From Gemmatimonadota bacterium (GTDB lineage Bacteria > Gemmatimonadota > Gemmatimonadetes > Gemmatimonadales > GWC2-71-9), in contig SHZU01000004.1 in the NCBI GenBank assembly GCA_009692115.1, forward strand, positions 138,275-202,274: a DNA stretch of 64,000 nt. The letters run 5' to 3'. Position numbers and translations under genes: made by a program. The notes beneath the pieces are model-generated. The model ran no database searches. It was not told the origin of the DNA and was given only the letters and a program-made list of their open reading frames with translations. Every line of letters begins with the position of its first letter. The stretch's first letter is position 1. Positions 9,994 to 19,524 of this stretch are shown one piece after another.

Positions 9994-12531
9994 ATGACCG
10001 ACCGAATCACCATTCCAGTTCTCCCCCTGCGAGAACTGGTGCTCTTTCCCGGAGTAACCACCCCGATCGGCGCCGGCCGACCCGGCACCGTCCGGGCCAT
10101 TGAAGCAGCGATGGCCACGCCGGACAAATTGATTCTGACCCTGTGCCAGCGCGAAAACACCGAGCAGGTGAACACCGAAGGGCTGTACACCATCGGAACG
10201 ATCGCGCGGATCGTCCAAGTGCAGCGCGGGCTCTCGGGCATGCAGGTGCTCCTGCAAGGCGAACGGCGGGCGATTGCCCTCCACCTGACCGACCGCGATG
10301 GCGCCCTCGAGGCTATTGCCGTCGATTCCGAGGAGTTGGCGCCGCTCAATCCCGAAGACCCCGCCTTCGTCGGCCTCTACCGGGAGGTTCGCCAGCGGGC
10401 CGCCGAGTTGGGCCACAAGTCCGGGCTCCCCGAGGAAGTCGTTCAGCAGGTGCTTTCGAGCACCAACGAGCCGGGCCGGTTTGCCGACTTGGTGGCCGGC
10501 TACATCGATGTCCCAACCACCCAGCGCCAAGCCCTCCTCGAGACCCTCTCAGTCGAAGAGCGGCTCCGCCGGGTGCTGGTTCAGGTCCAACGCCAGATCA
10601 CCGTGCTCGACGCCCAGGAGGAGATCAAGTCGCAGGTCCAGGAAGAGCTGGGCGAGCGGCAACGGGAAATGGTCCTCCGCGAACAGCTGAAGCAGATCCG
10701 CAAGGAACTCGGCGAAGAAGACGAAGCCGATGAACTCGAGGAACTCCGGACCAAGTTGCTCGCCCTCGAGTTGCCGCCGGAGGCCCGCAAGGAGGTTGAT
10801 CGGGAACTCGCCCGCCTGCAACGGATCGGCCGCGAGTCAATGGAGACCCAGGTGATTCGGAACTACCTGGAGACGGTGTCGGAGTTGCCTTGGAGTAACC
10901 GGACCGAGGAACACCTCGACCTCAAGGCCGCGGCTGATATTCTCGAGGCCGACCACTACGCCCTTGGCGACGTGAAAGACCGGGTCCTCGAGTTTCTCGC
11001 GGTTCGCCAACTCAAACAAGCCGAAGAGCAAGCCTCGACCGCTGAGGCGGCCGCCCGCGAGGTGAAGCTCGACGAGGCCGAGTCGACTGGTGTCACGATG
11101 ACTGGTGAGTTCGAGCCGGCAAAACTAGCCCCCAAAACCGCCGCCGCCGGCAACACCGACGACAAAGCCCGCGGGCCCATCTTGCTGTTCATCGGACCTC
11201 CCGGCGTTGGCAAGACCTCCGTGGCGAAGTCGATTGCCCGGTCGATGGGCCGAAAATACGTCCGGATCTCGCTGGGTGGCGCCCGGGACGAAGCCGACAT
11301 TCGCGGTCACCGCCGGACCTACATCGGCGCGATGCCCGGCCGGATCATCCAGGGCCTCAAACAGGCGGGAACCAAGAATCCGGTCTTCCTGCTTGATGAA
11401 GTCGACAAGCTTGGCGTCTCCTTTCAAGGCGACCCGGCCTCGGCCCTGCTCGAGGTCCTCGATCCGGCGCAGAATGACAGCTTCGTCGACCATTATCTTG
11501 GGGTCCCGTTCGACTTGTCCGAAGTCCTCTTCATCTGCACCGCGAATTTTGTCCAGAACATTCCGGGCCCGTTGCTCGACCGAATGGAGAGCGTGGAGTT
11601 CTCGGGATACACGGAGGGCGAGAAGCGAATCATCGCGCAGAAGTACCTGATTCCCCGGCAGCTCGAAGAGAATGGCCTGGCCGGCAAGAACGTGACCGTC
11701 GCCGACGAAGCCCTGAAGGACGTCATTAGTGAATACACCAGGGAGTCCGGTGTCCGCCAACTGGAACGCGAGATCGGCAAGTTCTCACGCAAGGTGGCCC
11801 GGAAAATCGCCGCGGGTGACATTGTCGGCCCCGTGGTCGTGACCAAGGAAATGGTCGATGACTGCCTCGGCCGGCCCCGGGTTCACCCCGAGAAGATGGC
11901 CGGCGAAGATCAGGTCGGCGTCGCCACCGGGATGTACTACACTCCGGTCGGGGGTGACATCATGTTCGTGGAAGCCTCAACGATGCGGGGCAAGGGCGAA
12001 CTGGTGCTGACCGGACAGCTTGGCGACATCATGAAGGAATCCGCGCGAGCGGCGTGGACCTATTCACGGTCCCATGCGGCGGGGCTTCGGATCCCCGATG
12101 AGATGTTCGATCGCGACCTCCACATCCACGTCCCCGCGGGAGCGATTCCAAAGGACGGTCCGTCCGCCGGGATCACCATGGCCACGGCCCTGGTATCCGC
12201 CTTGTCGGGGCGGCCGGCCCGACACGATATCGCGATGACCGGCGAAATCACCCTCCGGGGGCGCGTGCTGCCGATCGGCGGGCTCAAGGAGAAGATTCTC
12301 GGGGCCACCCGCGCCGGTATCTTCACCGTCATCATCCCGAAGGACAACGAAGCCGACTTGGTGGATTTGCCCGAGGAAATCCGAAAGAAAGTGACGATCC
12401 ACCCGGTCACCGAGCTCGGTGAGGTGTTGGCGTTGACGCTCCGGGGCGCGTCGTTCAAGGAGGGGCGGCTACTCTTTGGAGACGATAACCCCCGGGACGT
12501 GACGCCGTTGTCGGTGAGCTACCCGCACTAG
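9994..12531 (+). CDS. lon: ATP-dependent Lon protease (LonA type)
   Basis: ATG 9994 gives [20 protein letters not shown], a Lon N-domain start. Walker [34 protein letters not shown], protease serine in [15 protein letters not shown], and [19 protein letters not shown]. The track ORF start 9643 is an in-frame upstream extension. Confidence 0.95.
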   Translation: MTDRITIPVLPLRELVLFPGVTTPIGAGRPGTVRAIEAAMATPDKLILTLCQRENTEQVNTEGLYTIGTIARIVQVQRGLSGMQVLLQGERRAIALHLTDRDGALEAIAVDSEELAPLNPEDPAFVGLYREVRQRAAELGHKSGLPEEVVQQVLSSTNEPGRFADLVAGYIDVPTTQRQALLETLSVEERLRRVLVQVQRQITVLDAQEEIKSQVQEELGERQREMVLREQLKQIRKELGEEDEADELEELRTKLLALELPPEARKEVDRELARLQRIGRESMETQVIRNYLETVSELPWSNRTEEHLDLKAAADILEADHYALGDVKDRVLEFLAVRQLKQAEEQASTAEAAAREVKLDEAESTGVTMTGEFEPAKLAPKTAAAGNTDDKARGPILLFIGPPGVGKTSVAKSIARSMGRKYVRISLGGARDEADIRGHRRTYIGAMPGRIIQGLKQAGTKNPVFLLDEVDKLGVSFQGDPASALLEVLDPAQNDSFVDHYLGVPFDLSEVLFICTANFVQNIPGPLLDRMESVEFSGYTEGEKRIIAQKYLIPRQLEENGLAGKNVTVADEALKDVISEYTRESGVRQLEREIGKFSRKVARKIAAGDIVGPVVVTKEMVDDCLGRPRVHPEKMAGEDQVGVATGMYYTPVGGDIMFVEASTMRGKGELVLTGQLGDIMKESARAAWTYSRSHAAGLRIPDEMFDRDLHIHVPAGAIPKDGPSAGITMATALVSALSGRPARHDIAMTGEITLRGRVLPIGGLKEKILGATRAGIFTVIIPKDNEADLVDLPEEIRKKVTIHPVTELGEVLALTLRGASFKEGRLLFGDDNPRDVTPLSVSYPH

Positions 12532-13049
12532 CTGGCCACGACGAATTGATCGCGCCCTGAAGATTTCTGCCGCAGTGGTGCCATGGTCCGGGGAGCAGGC
12601 CACCCCGGCACTCAACCAAACCGTGACCGACGAACCCCCGATCGGGCACGGATTGCCGCTGACAGCCGCCCGGACTTTCTCGGCCACCCGGGTGGCGTCC
12701 TCCACCTGGCACCGGCGAACCAAGATGCCGAACTCTTCGTCCCCCCCATCCTGGCGACCGGATCGACCGACGAGGGGGTGGCAACCAACACCACCGAAGG
12801 CGGCCGCGCCGGTCCGGGGGACGCCCAGGCACTGATGACCGAGGCGAAATCCGCTTCGGTGCCACCCAGGATCACGGCCACGTCGGGTCGGGCGGACACC
12901 GGGATGTCCATAGGCGCCAAGCTGAGCGGCTTTCGCTGGACCGCATACTGGGCATCGGCCAAGGTGGTCTCGACATGGTCGGCGAGGTCACCCGATTCTC
13001 CGAGAAGAAGGGCTTGCCATCCAAAGGCTCGAGGCTTGGGTTGCCCCAT
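12469..13049 (-). pseudogene. degenerate GGDEF-domain gene interrupted by a frameshift at a G7 homopolymer
   Basis: Two minus-strand frames must be joined. The first is 13049 to about 12745 (...RPDVAVILGGTEADFASVISAW...SSVDPVARMGG). The second is about 12741 to 12469 (DEEFGILVRRCQVEDATRVAEKVRAAVSG...VTVWLSAGVA...). The junction is C7 on the + strand (12741-12747), and an eighth G would restore ...VARMGGDEEFGILV... Spacing matches a GGDEF domain, but the conserved N-terminal-half residues are replaced. Confidence 0.45.
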
Positions 13050-13218
13050 TTGCGGAAGACCGAGCGCCGCGGCGCCCTGATCGAAAATCGCCGCCAGGTC
13101 CGAGATGGCGGCCTCGAGGTGGGCGCCCCCCAGCCGGATCCGGCAGAGGATTCGCGACGATCCATCGCCTCCGCGAGATATTCGCGCCGGAGTTCCCCGA
13201 AGAACTAGGCCGCGCCGC

Positions 13219-13905
13219 TCACTGCGGGGATCGAAACGACTGGATGATGGTTCGAGCGGCGGCGATGAACACCGGGTCGGTGCCCCAGTGCCCGCCGACC
13301 TGATCGCCGGTCCGGCCCGCGATGATCGCTCCCCGGTCGTCGACGACGAACAGGATCGGCTCGCCCGGCCAGGCCGTGCCTTCACGGATCAGCTCGACGC
13401 TGGCAAACGGAAGCTCGACCGGGGCCGGCGCCAACAACACGATCCCGACGCCGGTGGCACTGGCCTTCCGAAGCGCCGGCACGAGGGCGGGGTAGCCGTC
13501 GGCGGGAATCACCAGGGCAACACTCTGTTGAGCCCGGGCAATTTCATGGGAGAGCAGTTGGAGCGCCCCTCGAGCCGAGTTGAGTTCCACCAACGTCGGA
13601 CTGGGCGGAACCGAAATCCCCGCCAGCACCGCGGAGAGCGTCTCCAGCGATTGCCCCTGCGAATCGATGATTCGGGCCACCAGGGTGGCCGGCGGTTCGG
13701 GCCGATATCGCTTTGGCCGCCCTTCCTCGGCTCGGGCGGCGCCCTTTTGTACTAACCCCTCCAATGCGCTGTAGGCATTGGCCCGGGCCAGGCCGGCCGA
13801 TCGGGCAATGGCGTAGCCCGTTCCCGGCCCCCCGCGGATCAACGTCTCGTAGACCAGGCTCTCGGTCGGGGTAAATCCGAATCCGGTGAGGTCGAGCGAA
13901 GCCAT
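13219..13905 (-). CDS. TrmB-family transcriptional regulator
   Basis: N-terminal winged helix LTGFGFTPTESLVYETLIRGGPGTGYAIARSAGLARANAYSALEGLVQKG, followed by a TrmB-type C-terminal domain. It lies 7 nt downstream of the preceding gene on the same strand. Confidence 0.8.
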   Translation of the reverse strand: MASLDLTGFGFTPTESLVYETLIRGGPGTGYAIARSAGLARANAYSALEGLVQKGAARAEEGRPKRYRPEPPATLVARIIDSQGQSLETLSAVLAGISVPPSPTLVELNSARGALQLLSHEIARAQQSVALVIPADGYPALVPALRKASATGVGIVLLAPAPVELPFASVELIREGTAWPGEPILFVVDDRGAIIAGRTGDQVGGHWGTDPVFIAAARTIIQSFRSPQ

Positions 13906-13912
13906 TGGTTCG

Positions 13913-14851
13913 TCAGACGGTATCGAGCTGCCAACCGAGCAGCTTGGCGATCAAGGCGATCCGGAACGTGATGTCGACCGACCGGGATTCGGGCTCCTTG
14001 GCCTCCGGATGCAACGGATACCAGTGATAGGTGATCTTGTGAGTCGGTTTCGGTTGGGCTTTGAGCTTCTTCGGCTGCCACACCCCGTGTTGATCGCACT
14101 CGGACAACAATCGGGTCAGCACCTTGGTCGCGACCGGAGCCGTGTGGAGCGCGCCAAGCCGGGCCAGCAACTCAATTGTGTAGAGCGCGAGCGGAATGTC
14201 CTTGGCGTTGCCCTTGCTGTCGGCCTCGATCGGGTCGCCGAGGAGGAGGTGGTCCGACTTGACCGTCTTCTTTCCGACCATCAGTGCAAATGCCTTTTTG
14301 GGCGCGGATTCAGCCAAATACTGTCCCAGCCGCTCCGTGAAGCCGGCCCGTTCCCGCTGAAGATTGGGCAGGGCGGCAATCATCGCGACGGAATACCAGG
14401 TCGGGGGGTGAGCCTCGGGCGAGAGAATGACCTTGCCGGCTGATTTGACAAACGGCTTGTCGGCCAACGGGCTTCGCAGGAACTGAGAGACGTTCGAAGC
14501 CACCTTATGGGCCGCGCCCCGGATCCGGGGGTCTTCCTGATAGCCGACCTCGGCCAACGCTGCGGTTGCCGCTTCCCGGTATTGCTCCCGGATCGCTTCG
14601 ACCGCGGCCGGGCCCTCTTTCAGGAACTTGGAGTTCTCGAACAGCAGGGCCGGATCGTCATCCCGCGACAGCAGCCGGAAGAAGATCCGTTCCGACAGTT
14701 TGAACGGCCGACCGGTCTTGGGGTAGCCGAGTTGCATCAGCCGGCGGTGCTGCGCCAGCGTTCCGATGTCCTTGATGCCGTCCTTTGCCGACGGAGCTAG
14801 GGCCAACAGGTTGGCGCCCCAGAGGCCGGTGTCCTTTTGTTTCTTGACCAA
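13913..14851 (-). CDS. hypothetical protein (helical, Lys-rich for this genome); real N-terminus probably further upstream
   Basis: 312-aa ORF from TTG 14851. The same frame stays open and protein-like up to TAG 15044-15046 but has no ATG, GTG or TTG there. Family not recognised. Confidence 0.6.
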   Translation of the reverse strand: MVKKQKDTGLWGANLLALAPSAKDGIKDIGTLAQHRRLMQLGYPKTGRPFKLSERIFFRLLSRDDDPALLFENSKFLKEGPAAVEAIREQYREAATAALAEVGYQEDPRIRGAAHKVASNVSQFLRSPLADKPFVKSAGKVILSPEAHPPTWYSVAMIAALPNLQRERAGFTERLGQYLAESAPKKAFALMVGKKTVKSDHLLLGDPIEADSKGNAKDIPLALYTIELLARLGALHTAPVATKVLTRLLSECDQHGVWQPKKLKAQPKPTHKITYHWYPLHPEAKEPESRSVDITFRIALIAKLLGWQLDTV

Positions 14852-15107
14852 GGCTTGGACGGTCTTGGTGTTTTGGACGGACAGTGTCAGGGCCTCAAGG
14901 ACCTCGGCCGTAGCCGTCGCTGGAGGTGCAAACTCTTGGTACGAGAGGAGTTTGACCGTCTCATTCCCGTGCTGCAGCAGCCAGCCGAGAGGGACTCGAT
15001 GGTGGGTAGGAAGTTCCAGAAGACGCTCCCGCGCGGAATGGGTCTAGGTGGAGCGAAAACGGCGCGAAATTAGTAGTTGCGACCAGGAAATACTAGCGGG
15101 GTGCGGC

Positions 15108-16007
15108 TCAGGCGCAACTGGGGTGCCTGGAGAAATTGAGGATCAATGACGTAACCGTATCAGGTATCTCAACTTGCGGGCGATGGAGAGCCCCGGAAAG
15201 GGCGGCGAGCCGACCGCAGGGTAGGAGGGCTCGGACGCTGTCGGCCAATGGGTACGGGATCACCGGGTCGAGGGTACCCCAGATCAACAAGACCGGCTGC
15301 CGGATCTCCGCAAACCTGGTTCGAAGCGACCGGAAGTCGAAGTCATCCAGGATTCGGGTCGCCGCCCGCCGGTAATTCGGATCGGTCATCAGGGAGTACG
15401 CGGCGGCGGAATCGGGTTCCCCGATCCATTCCGCGTCATGCTCGGGCAGCAGCATGGCCCGGCTGGCGAGGTACCACCCAATCGCGGCGGCTTTCTCGGG
15501 GCTGATTGTATCCGCGATTCCGGCCAAGCCGAGCCCAAAGCCCGCTGGTGCGATCAGAACAGCCGCGGCAATCCGGTCGGGTCGGCTGAGGGCGAGCGAG
15601 GCGGCCAACTGGCCCCCCATCGAGTGCCCCACGACGATCACCGGTCCCAGGATCCAGCGGTCGAGGAATCCGCTCAACCGGGCGGTCATCGAGTCAACTA
15701 CGTACGGCCCATCCGGCTTGCCGCTACCGCCGAAGCCGGGGAGATCGATCGCCACGACCCGATAGTGGGTGGCGAGCGGGTCCACGATGGCCCTCCAGGT
15801 GAACAAGGACTCCCCAAACCCGTGAATCAGGAACAGGGTCGTGTCACCGCCGCCCGCTCGCAGTGTACGGAGCGGGACGCCGGCGGCGTCGAGCCACTCC
15901 GCTTGGTGGGCCGGTTTGGTCGTCCGCGGCCGATCGAGCATCAGGAATAGCGCGACCATGGCCGGGACGAGGACCCACCAGAGGGAACGTTTCAGCGCGA
16001 CGGGCAT
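15108..16007 (-). CDS. alpha/beta-fold hydrolase
   Basis: N-terminal TM/signal segment. HGFGESLFTW (oxyanion region), nucleophile elbow VVGHSMGGQLAA, and C-terminal His region SGALHRPQVE. Confidence 0.85.
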   Translation of the reverse strand: MPVALKRSLWWVLVPAMVALFLMLDRPRTTKPAHQAEWLDAAGVPLRTLRAGGGDTTLFLIHGFGESLFTWRAIVDPLATHYRVVAIDLPGFGGSGKPDGPYVVDSMTARLSGFLDRWILGPVIVVGHSMGGQLAASLALSRPDRIAAAVLIAPAGFGLGLAGIADTISPEKAAAIGWYLASRAMLLPEHDAEWIGEPDSAAAYSLMTDPNYRRAATRILDDFDFRSLRTRFAEIRQPVLLIWGTLDPVIPYPLADSVRALLPCGRLAALSGALHRPQVEIPDTVTSLILNFSRHPSCA

Positions 16008-16882
16008 TCGAGGAACGTGATCGGTGCCGGCGATCGAACCAAGATCTCACTCGTCAGCACCAGTGTCGTGGGTGACGCCCAGGCGATCCCTTCGCCCTGG
16101 GGCTCCAAACCGCCGATCTCGCACACCCCGGCCGGCCGGTCGGGTAGCCAACGCGACTGCGGGGTCCGCGTAAACAGATAGATCGCCCGGTAGGTCCGCA
16201 CCGCCAGCGTCGCGGCGTCGGCGGAAAGGGCGGCGTCGGTCACCAACCGAGTGTCGACAATGCTCGGGGTGATTGGCACGGTCCAAATCGGTTGCGCCAC
16301 CGCCTGGCTGCTCGCCCAGGCCGACGCCGGAATCCAGAACGCCGTGACTACTGACTCCCGGCCCTTGGTGATGATGGCGACATCGCCGCTATCCGTGACC
16401 ACGAGCGCCTCGGCGTCGCGGGGTCCGTCGGGGTATCGAACCACCAGCGAGTCGAGCACGGTGGCCCGGTGGGCTGCGAGGCCGCGCTGGTCGGGCTCGA
16501 CGGTTCGATAGATCGTGACCGAAGGCCGCACCGTGCTGTTGTCGCCGATGTCCGCGACATACAGGCACCAGGACGCCCCGCAGGCACCGGCCGAGATCGC
16601 CTCCCAGTCGACGTTCGTTCCGCCCACCAAATCGACAAAGCCGATCCTGTCGCCGGTCGAATCGAACGAGAACAGGCTGGGCGCGTTCCCGGAATCGTTC
16701 AGGGTCCAGAACCGGCCTGGCATTGTCCGGCTAGCAATGACACCGGAACTTTCACCGACCGGCCAATCCCGGAAGGCGCCGGGCTGGCGGACGTGTTCCG
16801 GCTGTCTCGCTTGGGTCGTCGGTAATCTGCCGCCGCAGCCGGCCAGCAGGATGAGGAACCCGACTCGCCCGGACCTTGTCAC
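15992..16882 (-). CDS. hypothetical lipoprotein (beta-rich), translationally coupled to the PQQ dehydrogenase
   Basis: GTG 16882 overlaps the upstream stop (GTGA). Signal plus lipobox FLILLAGCGG. Beta-rich body (WTLNDSGNAPSLFSF, YVADIGDN). The track ORF (to 17104) runs into the upstream gene. Confidence 0.65.
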   Translation of the reverse strand: MTRSGRVGFLILLAGCGGRLPTTQARQPEHVRQPGAFRDWPVGESSGVIASRTMPGRFWTLNDSGNAPSLFSFDSTGDRIGFVDLVGGTNVDWEAISAGACGASWCLYVADIGDNSTVRPSVTIYRTVEPDQRGLAAHRATVLDSLVVRYPDGPRDAEALVVTDSGDVAIITKGRESVVTAFWIPASAWASSQAVAQPIWTVPITPSIVDTRLVTDAALSADAATLAVRTYRAIYLFTRTPQSRWLPDRPAGVCEIGGLEPQGEGIAWASPTTLVLTSEILVRSPAPITFLECPSR

Positions 16883-18600
16883 AGACTGAACACGATCAGG
16901 GTCCCACCGGGGTTGCTGATGTTCGCCATTTTCGGAAATGCCCCGTTCGCTCCCAACCCGATCCATCCGCCGAGGCCGGCCAGGATCGCCACATATTGTT
17001 TGCCATCGGGGCCGAGGTAACTGATCGGACCGCTCACGATGCCCGAGGGCGTCTTGAACCGCCACAACTCGACCCCGGTTTTCCCGTCGACCGCTTTGAA
17101 CCACCCGTCCATCGTCCCGTAGAAAACCAGACCGCTCGCCGTGCTGAGAATCCCCCCGGTGACGGGGTACGTCTCCTGGGCCTGCCAGGCCACCGACCCC
17201 GTGGCGGCGTTCCAGGCAATCACCCGGCCCCGATTCGGTCCGGGGGCGGAGACCATCTTGATGGTCGCCCCGAGGTAGGGTTTGCCGGGCGTGAAGGTCA
17301 CGGGAGTTGGCGTGAGATCCATGCAGAGATTGCCCACCGGAACGAAGAACAACCCGGCGGCCGGAGAATAGCTCGCGGGATTCTGACCCTTGGTCCCGAC
17401 CGCCGCGGGGCAGATGCCGGCCGTGATCCCAGCCTTCTGGACATACCGTGGGTCCACCACCGGTTGCCCGGTGCCCAAGTCGATGCGAGAGGTCCAGTTG
17501 GCCGGACCGAACCGCTCGGCCAACAGCACCCGGCCGATCGCCCGATCGATGGTATAGGCAAACCCGTTCCGGTCGAAGTGCACTAGGGCCTTGACCGGTT
17601 TCCCCGCCAGGGTCAGATCGGCGAGAATGGTTTCATTCGACGCGTCGTACCCCCATTGATCGTGCGGGGTGACCTGATACGCCCACCGGACCTTGCCGGT
17701 CGTGGCTTCGCGGGCAAAGATCGTGGAGCTCCACTTGTTGTCACCGGCCCGGATGGAGGCGTTGTACGCCCCGGGGTGGTCGGTGCCGTAGAAAATCAGG
17801 TCGAGGTCGGGATCGTACGAGATCCACCCGGAGGCCGTCGCGCCGCCCCGGGTCCATTCATTGCCGGGCCAACTGGAAACGCCGAGATCCCGACCCCGGT
17901 GGGACGGATACTGCACGTTAGGCTCGCCGTCGATCAGCACGTCGGCATCGGGTCCGGTATGATAGGCGCGCCATGCCAGTTTGCCGGTCGCCGCCAAATA
18001 AGCCGTCAGCGTCCCGCGAACCCCGAACTCCGCCCCGCCGGTTCCGACGATGACCAGGTCCTTGACGACGAGTGGCGCCGCCGCCATCGTGGCTCCGAGC
18101 CGGCCGTCGGCGTTCTTGAGCCGCCAAATCTCTTTGCCCGTCTTGGCGTCGAGGGCCGCCAACTCGCCGTGGAGCAGCGGCACGAAGAGCTTGCCGCTCG
18201 GGTGGTATGCCAGGCCCCGGCTGCCGGCGTCACAACATCCGGTGGGAGGGATGGCCCGGGCCACGGCGGCAGGCACCGCGTAACTCCACAGCACGGGAGC
18301 CCCCGGTTTGCCGAGGTCGAGGGCGAACACCGCATTCGGAAACGGCGAATGGAGATACATGACCGAGCCGACCACCAGCGGGCTTCCCTCGTGCGCTCCG
18401 AGAAGACCGGTGCTGAACGACCAGGCGGCCTTGAGGCCGGCCACGTTCTGGGGAGTGAGTTGAACTAGCGAACTGTGTCGGGTCGAGGCGTAGTCGTGGC
18501 CCGGCAGCTGCCATTCACCGGCGGGTGCCGGGCGCTGGCCCGCGGCCGGCGCCACCCAGGCCGCGACCACCAAGATTCCGAGCGCTGCTGATCGACCCAT
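16879..18600 (-). CDS. PQQ-dependent dehydrogenase, methanol/ethanol (quinoprotein ADH/XoxF-like) family
   Basis: Signal peptide MGRSAALGILVVAAWVAPAAG from ATG 18600 (track start 18657). Vicinal Cys pair PTGCCDAG, GAEFGVRG, DNKW and TPHDQWGYDASNE, plus eight-bladed-propeller-type repeats. Confidence 0.85.
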   Translation of the reverse strand: MGRSAALGILVVAAWVAPAAGQRPAPAGEWQLPGHDYASTRHSSLVQLTPQNVAGLKAAWSFSTGLLGAHEGSPLVVGSVMYLHSPFPNAVFALDLGKPGAPVLWSYAVPAAVARAIPPTGCCDAGSRGLAYHPSGKLFVPLLHGELAALDAKTGKEIWRLKNADGRLGATMAAAPLVVKDLVIVGTGGAEFGVRGTLTAYLAATGKLAWRAYHTGPDADVLIDGEPNVQYPSHRGRDLGVSSWPGNEWTRGGATASGWISYDPDLDLIFYGTDHPGAYNASIRAGDNKWSSTIFAREATTGKVRWAYQVTPHDQWGYDASNETILADLTLAGKPVKALVHFDRNGFAYTIDRAIGRVLLAERFGPANWTSRIDLGTGQPVVDPRYVQKAGITAGICPAAVGTKGQNPASYSPAAGLFFVPVGNLCMDLTPTPVTFTPGKPYLGATIKMVSAPGPNRGRVIAWNAATGSVAWQAQETYPVTGGILSTASGLVFYGTMDGWFKAVDGKTGVELWRFKTPSGIVSGPISYLGPDGKQYVAILAGLGGWIGLGANGAFPKMANISNPGGTLIVFSL

Positions 18601-18684
18601 GACGCCCACCCTCGCGGAGACTGTGGAAGGGTATCTGGGGACGCGTGGTCTACTCAAGCCGTCCCGTCCCGCCGGTCGCCAGGG

Positions 18685-19435
18685 TCAGTCGGGTTTCTGG
18701 ACGGGGCATCCGATCGGGTCGACCGACGTGCCTTTCGGGGTGGTGGGGCACCGGTCGATGCCGTTGAAGACCCCATCGCCGTCGAAGTCCGATGGGCAAC
18801 CGCGTCCATCGGTCAGGGCGCCCTTGGGCGTATCGGCGCACCGATCCCGGCGATTGCTGACGCCGTCGCCGTCGGCATCCGGCCCTGATCCCCGGCTGCT
18901 CCGGCCTCCGCTCGAGGTCAGAAAAGTGAGGCCGACGCTCGTCCCGAATGAGGTGTATTGGTATGCCGATCGGTTGCGGATCATCCCCTCGGCCCGCAGT
19001 TGCAGGGCCCTGGCTACGGGAGACCGGAAACCGGCCGCTACGATGATGGCGCCGTGAGCATTGCAGTAGGGTGCTACCCCGATCGCACAATTCGGCCGGA
19101 GCTTGCCGTACCCACCACGGAGGTAGATGCTCCCGGCCCCGACCGGGATGTTGTAGACCAGGCTTCCCGCTGCGTGGACCAACCGCAGGCTCGTTCCGGA
19201 GACCGACTGGCGCAGGCTCGTGACATCCATCTGGTCCTCAAGCTCAAGGTGCATCGGCAACCAGATTCCAAACCGGGCACCGGCACCAAAGCCCCTCGGG
19301 CCATCGAGGATCGTTGTTTTGTTGTGCCAGACTACCGAGGGCAGATATCTCGAGCGTCCCGGCCGTTTGGGCCGACGCGTCGCCAGTCGCTACCGCCAGG
19401 AGGCCCACTGCTAGGAGCTTGGACCAAGCGCGCAT
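18685..19435 (-). pseudogene. outer-membrane beta-barrel protein with two thrombospondin type-3 repeats; frameshifted and lacking an OmpA-like C-terminal domain
   Basis: Signal peptide MRAWSKLLAVGLLAVATGDASAQ from ATG 19435 in one frame. The barrel body and repeats (DADGDGVSNRRDRC, DFDGDGVFNGIDRC) are in the +1 frame from about 19316. The frame change falls within 19300-19345, which includes a T4/A4 run at 19317-19320. Confidence 0.55.
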
Positions 19436-19524
19436 ATCGTTATAAATAGGCCACTTACATAGGGTTTGACAAGCGGCTAGGATAGTCTGGAGCGGTGCCA
19501 CCCCACTCATCGGAGAAATTCCGA

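Noticed and set aside
12612-13385. 257-aa minus-strand ORF taken at face value
   Set aside because: Its N-terminal third overlaps the TrmB gene in another frame and looks non-protein-like. Only the part downstream of ATG 13049 is used, as the 5' portion of the frameshifted GGDEF-like gene.
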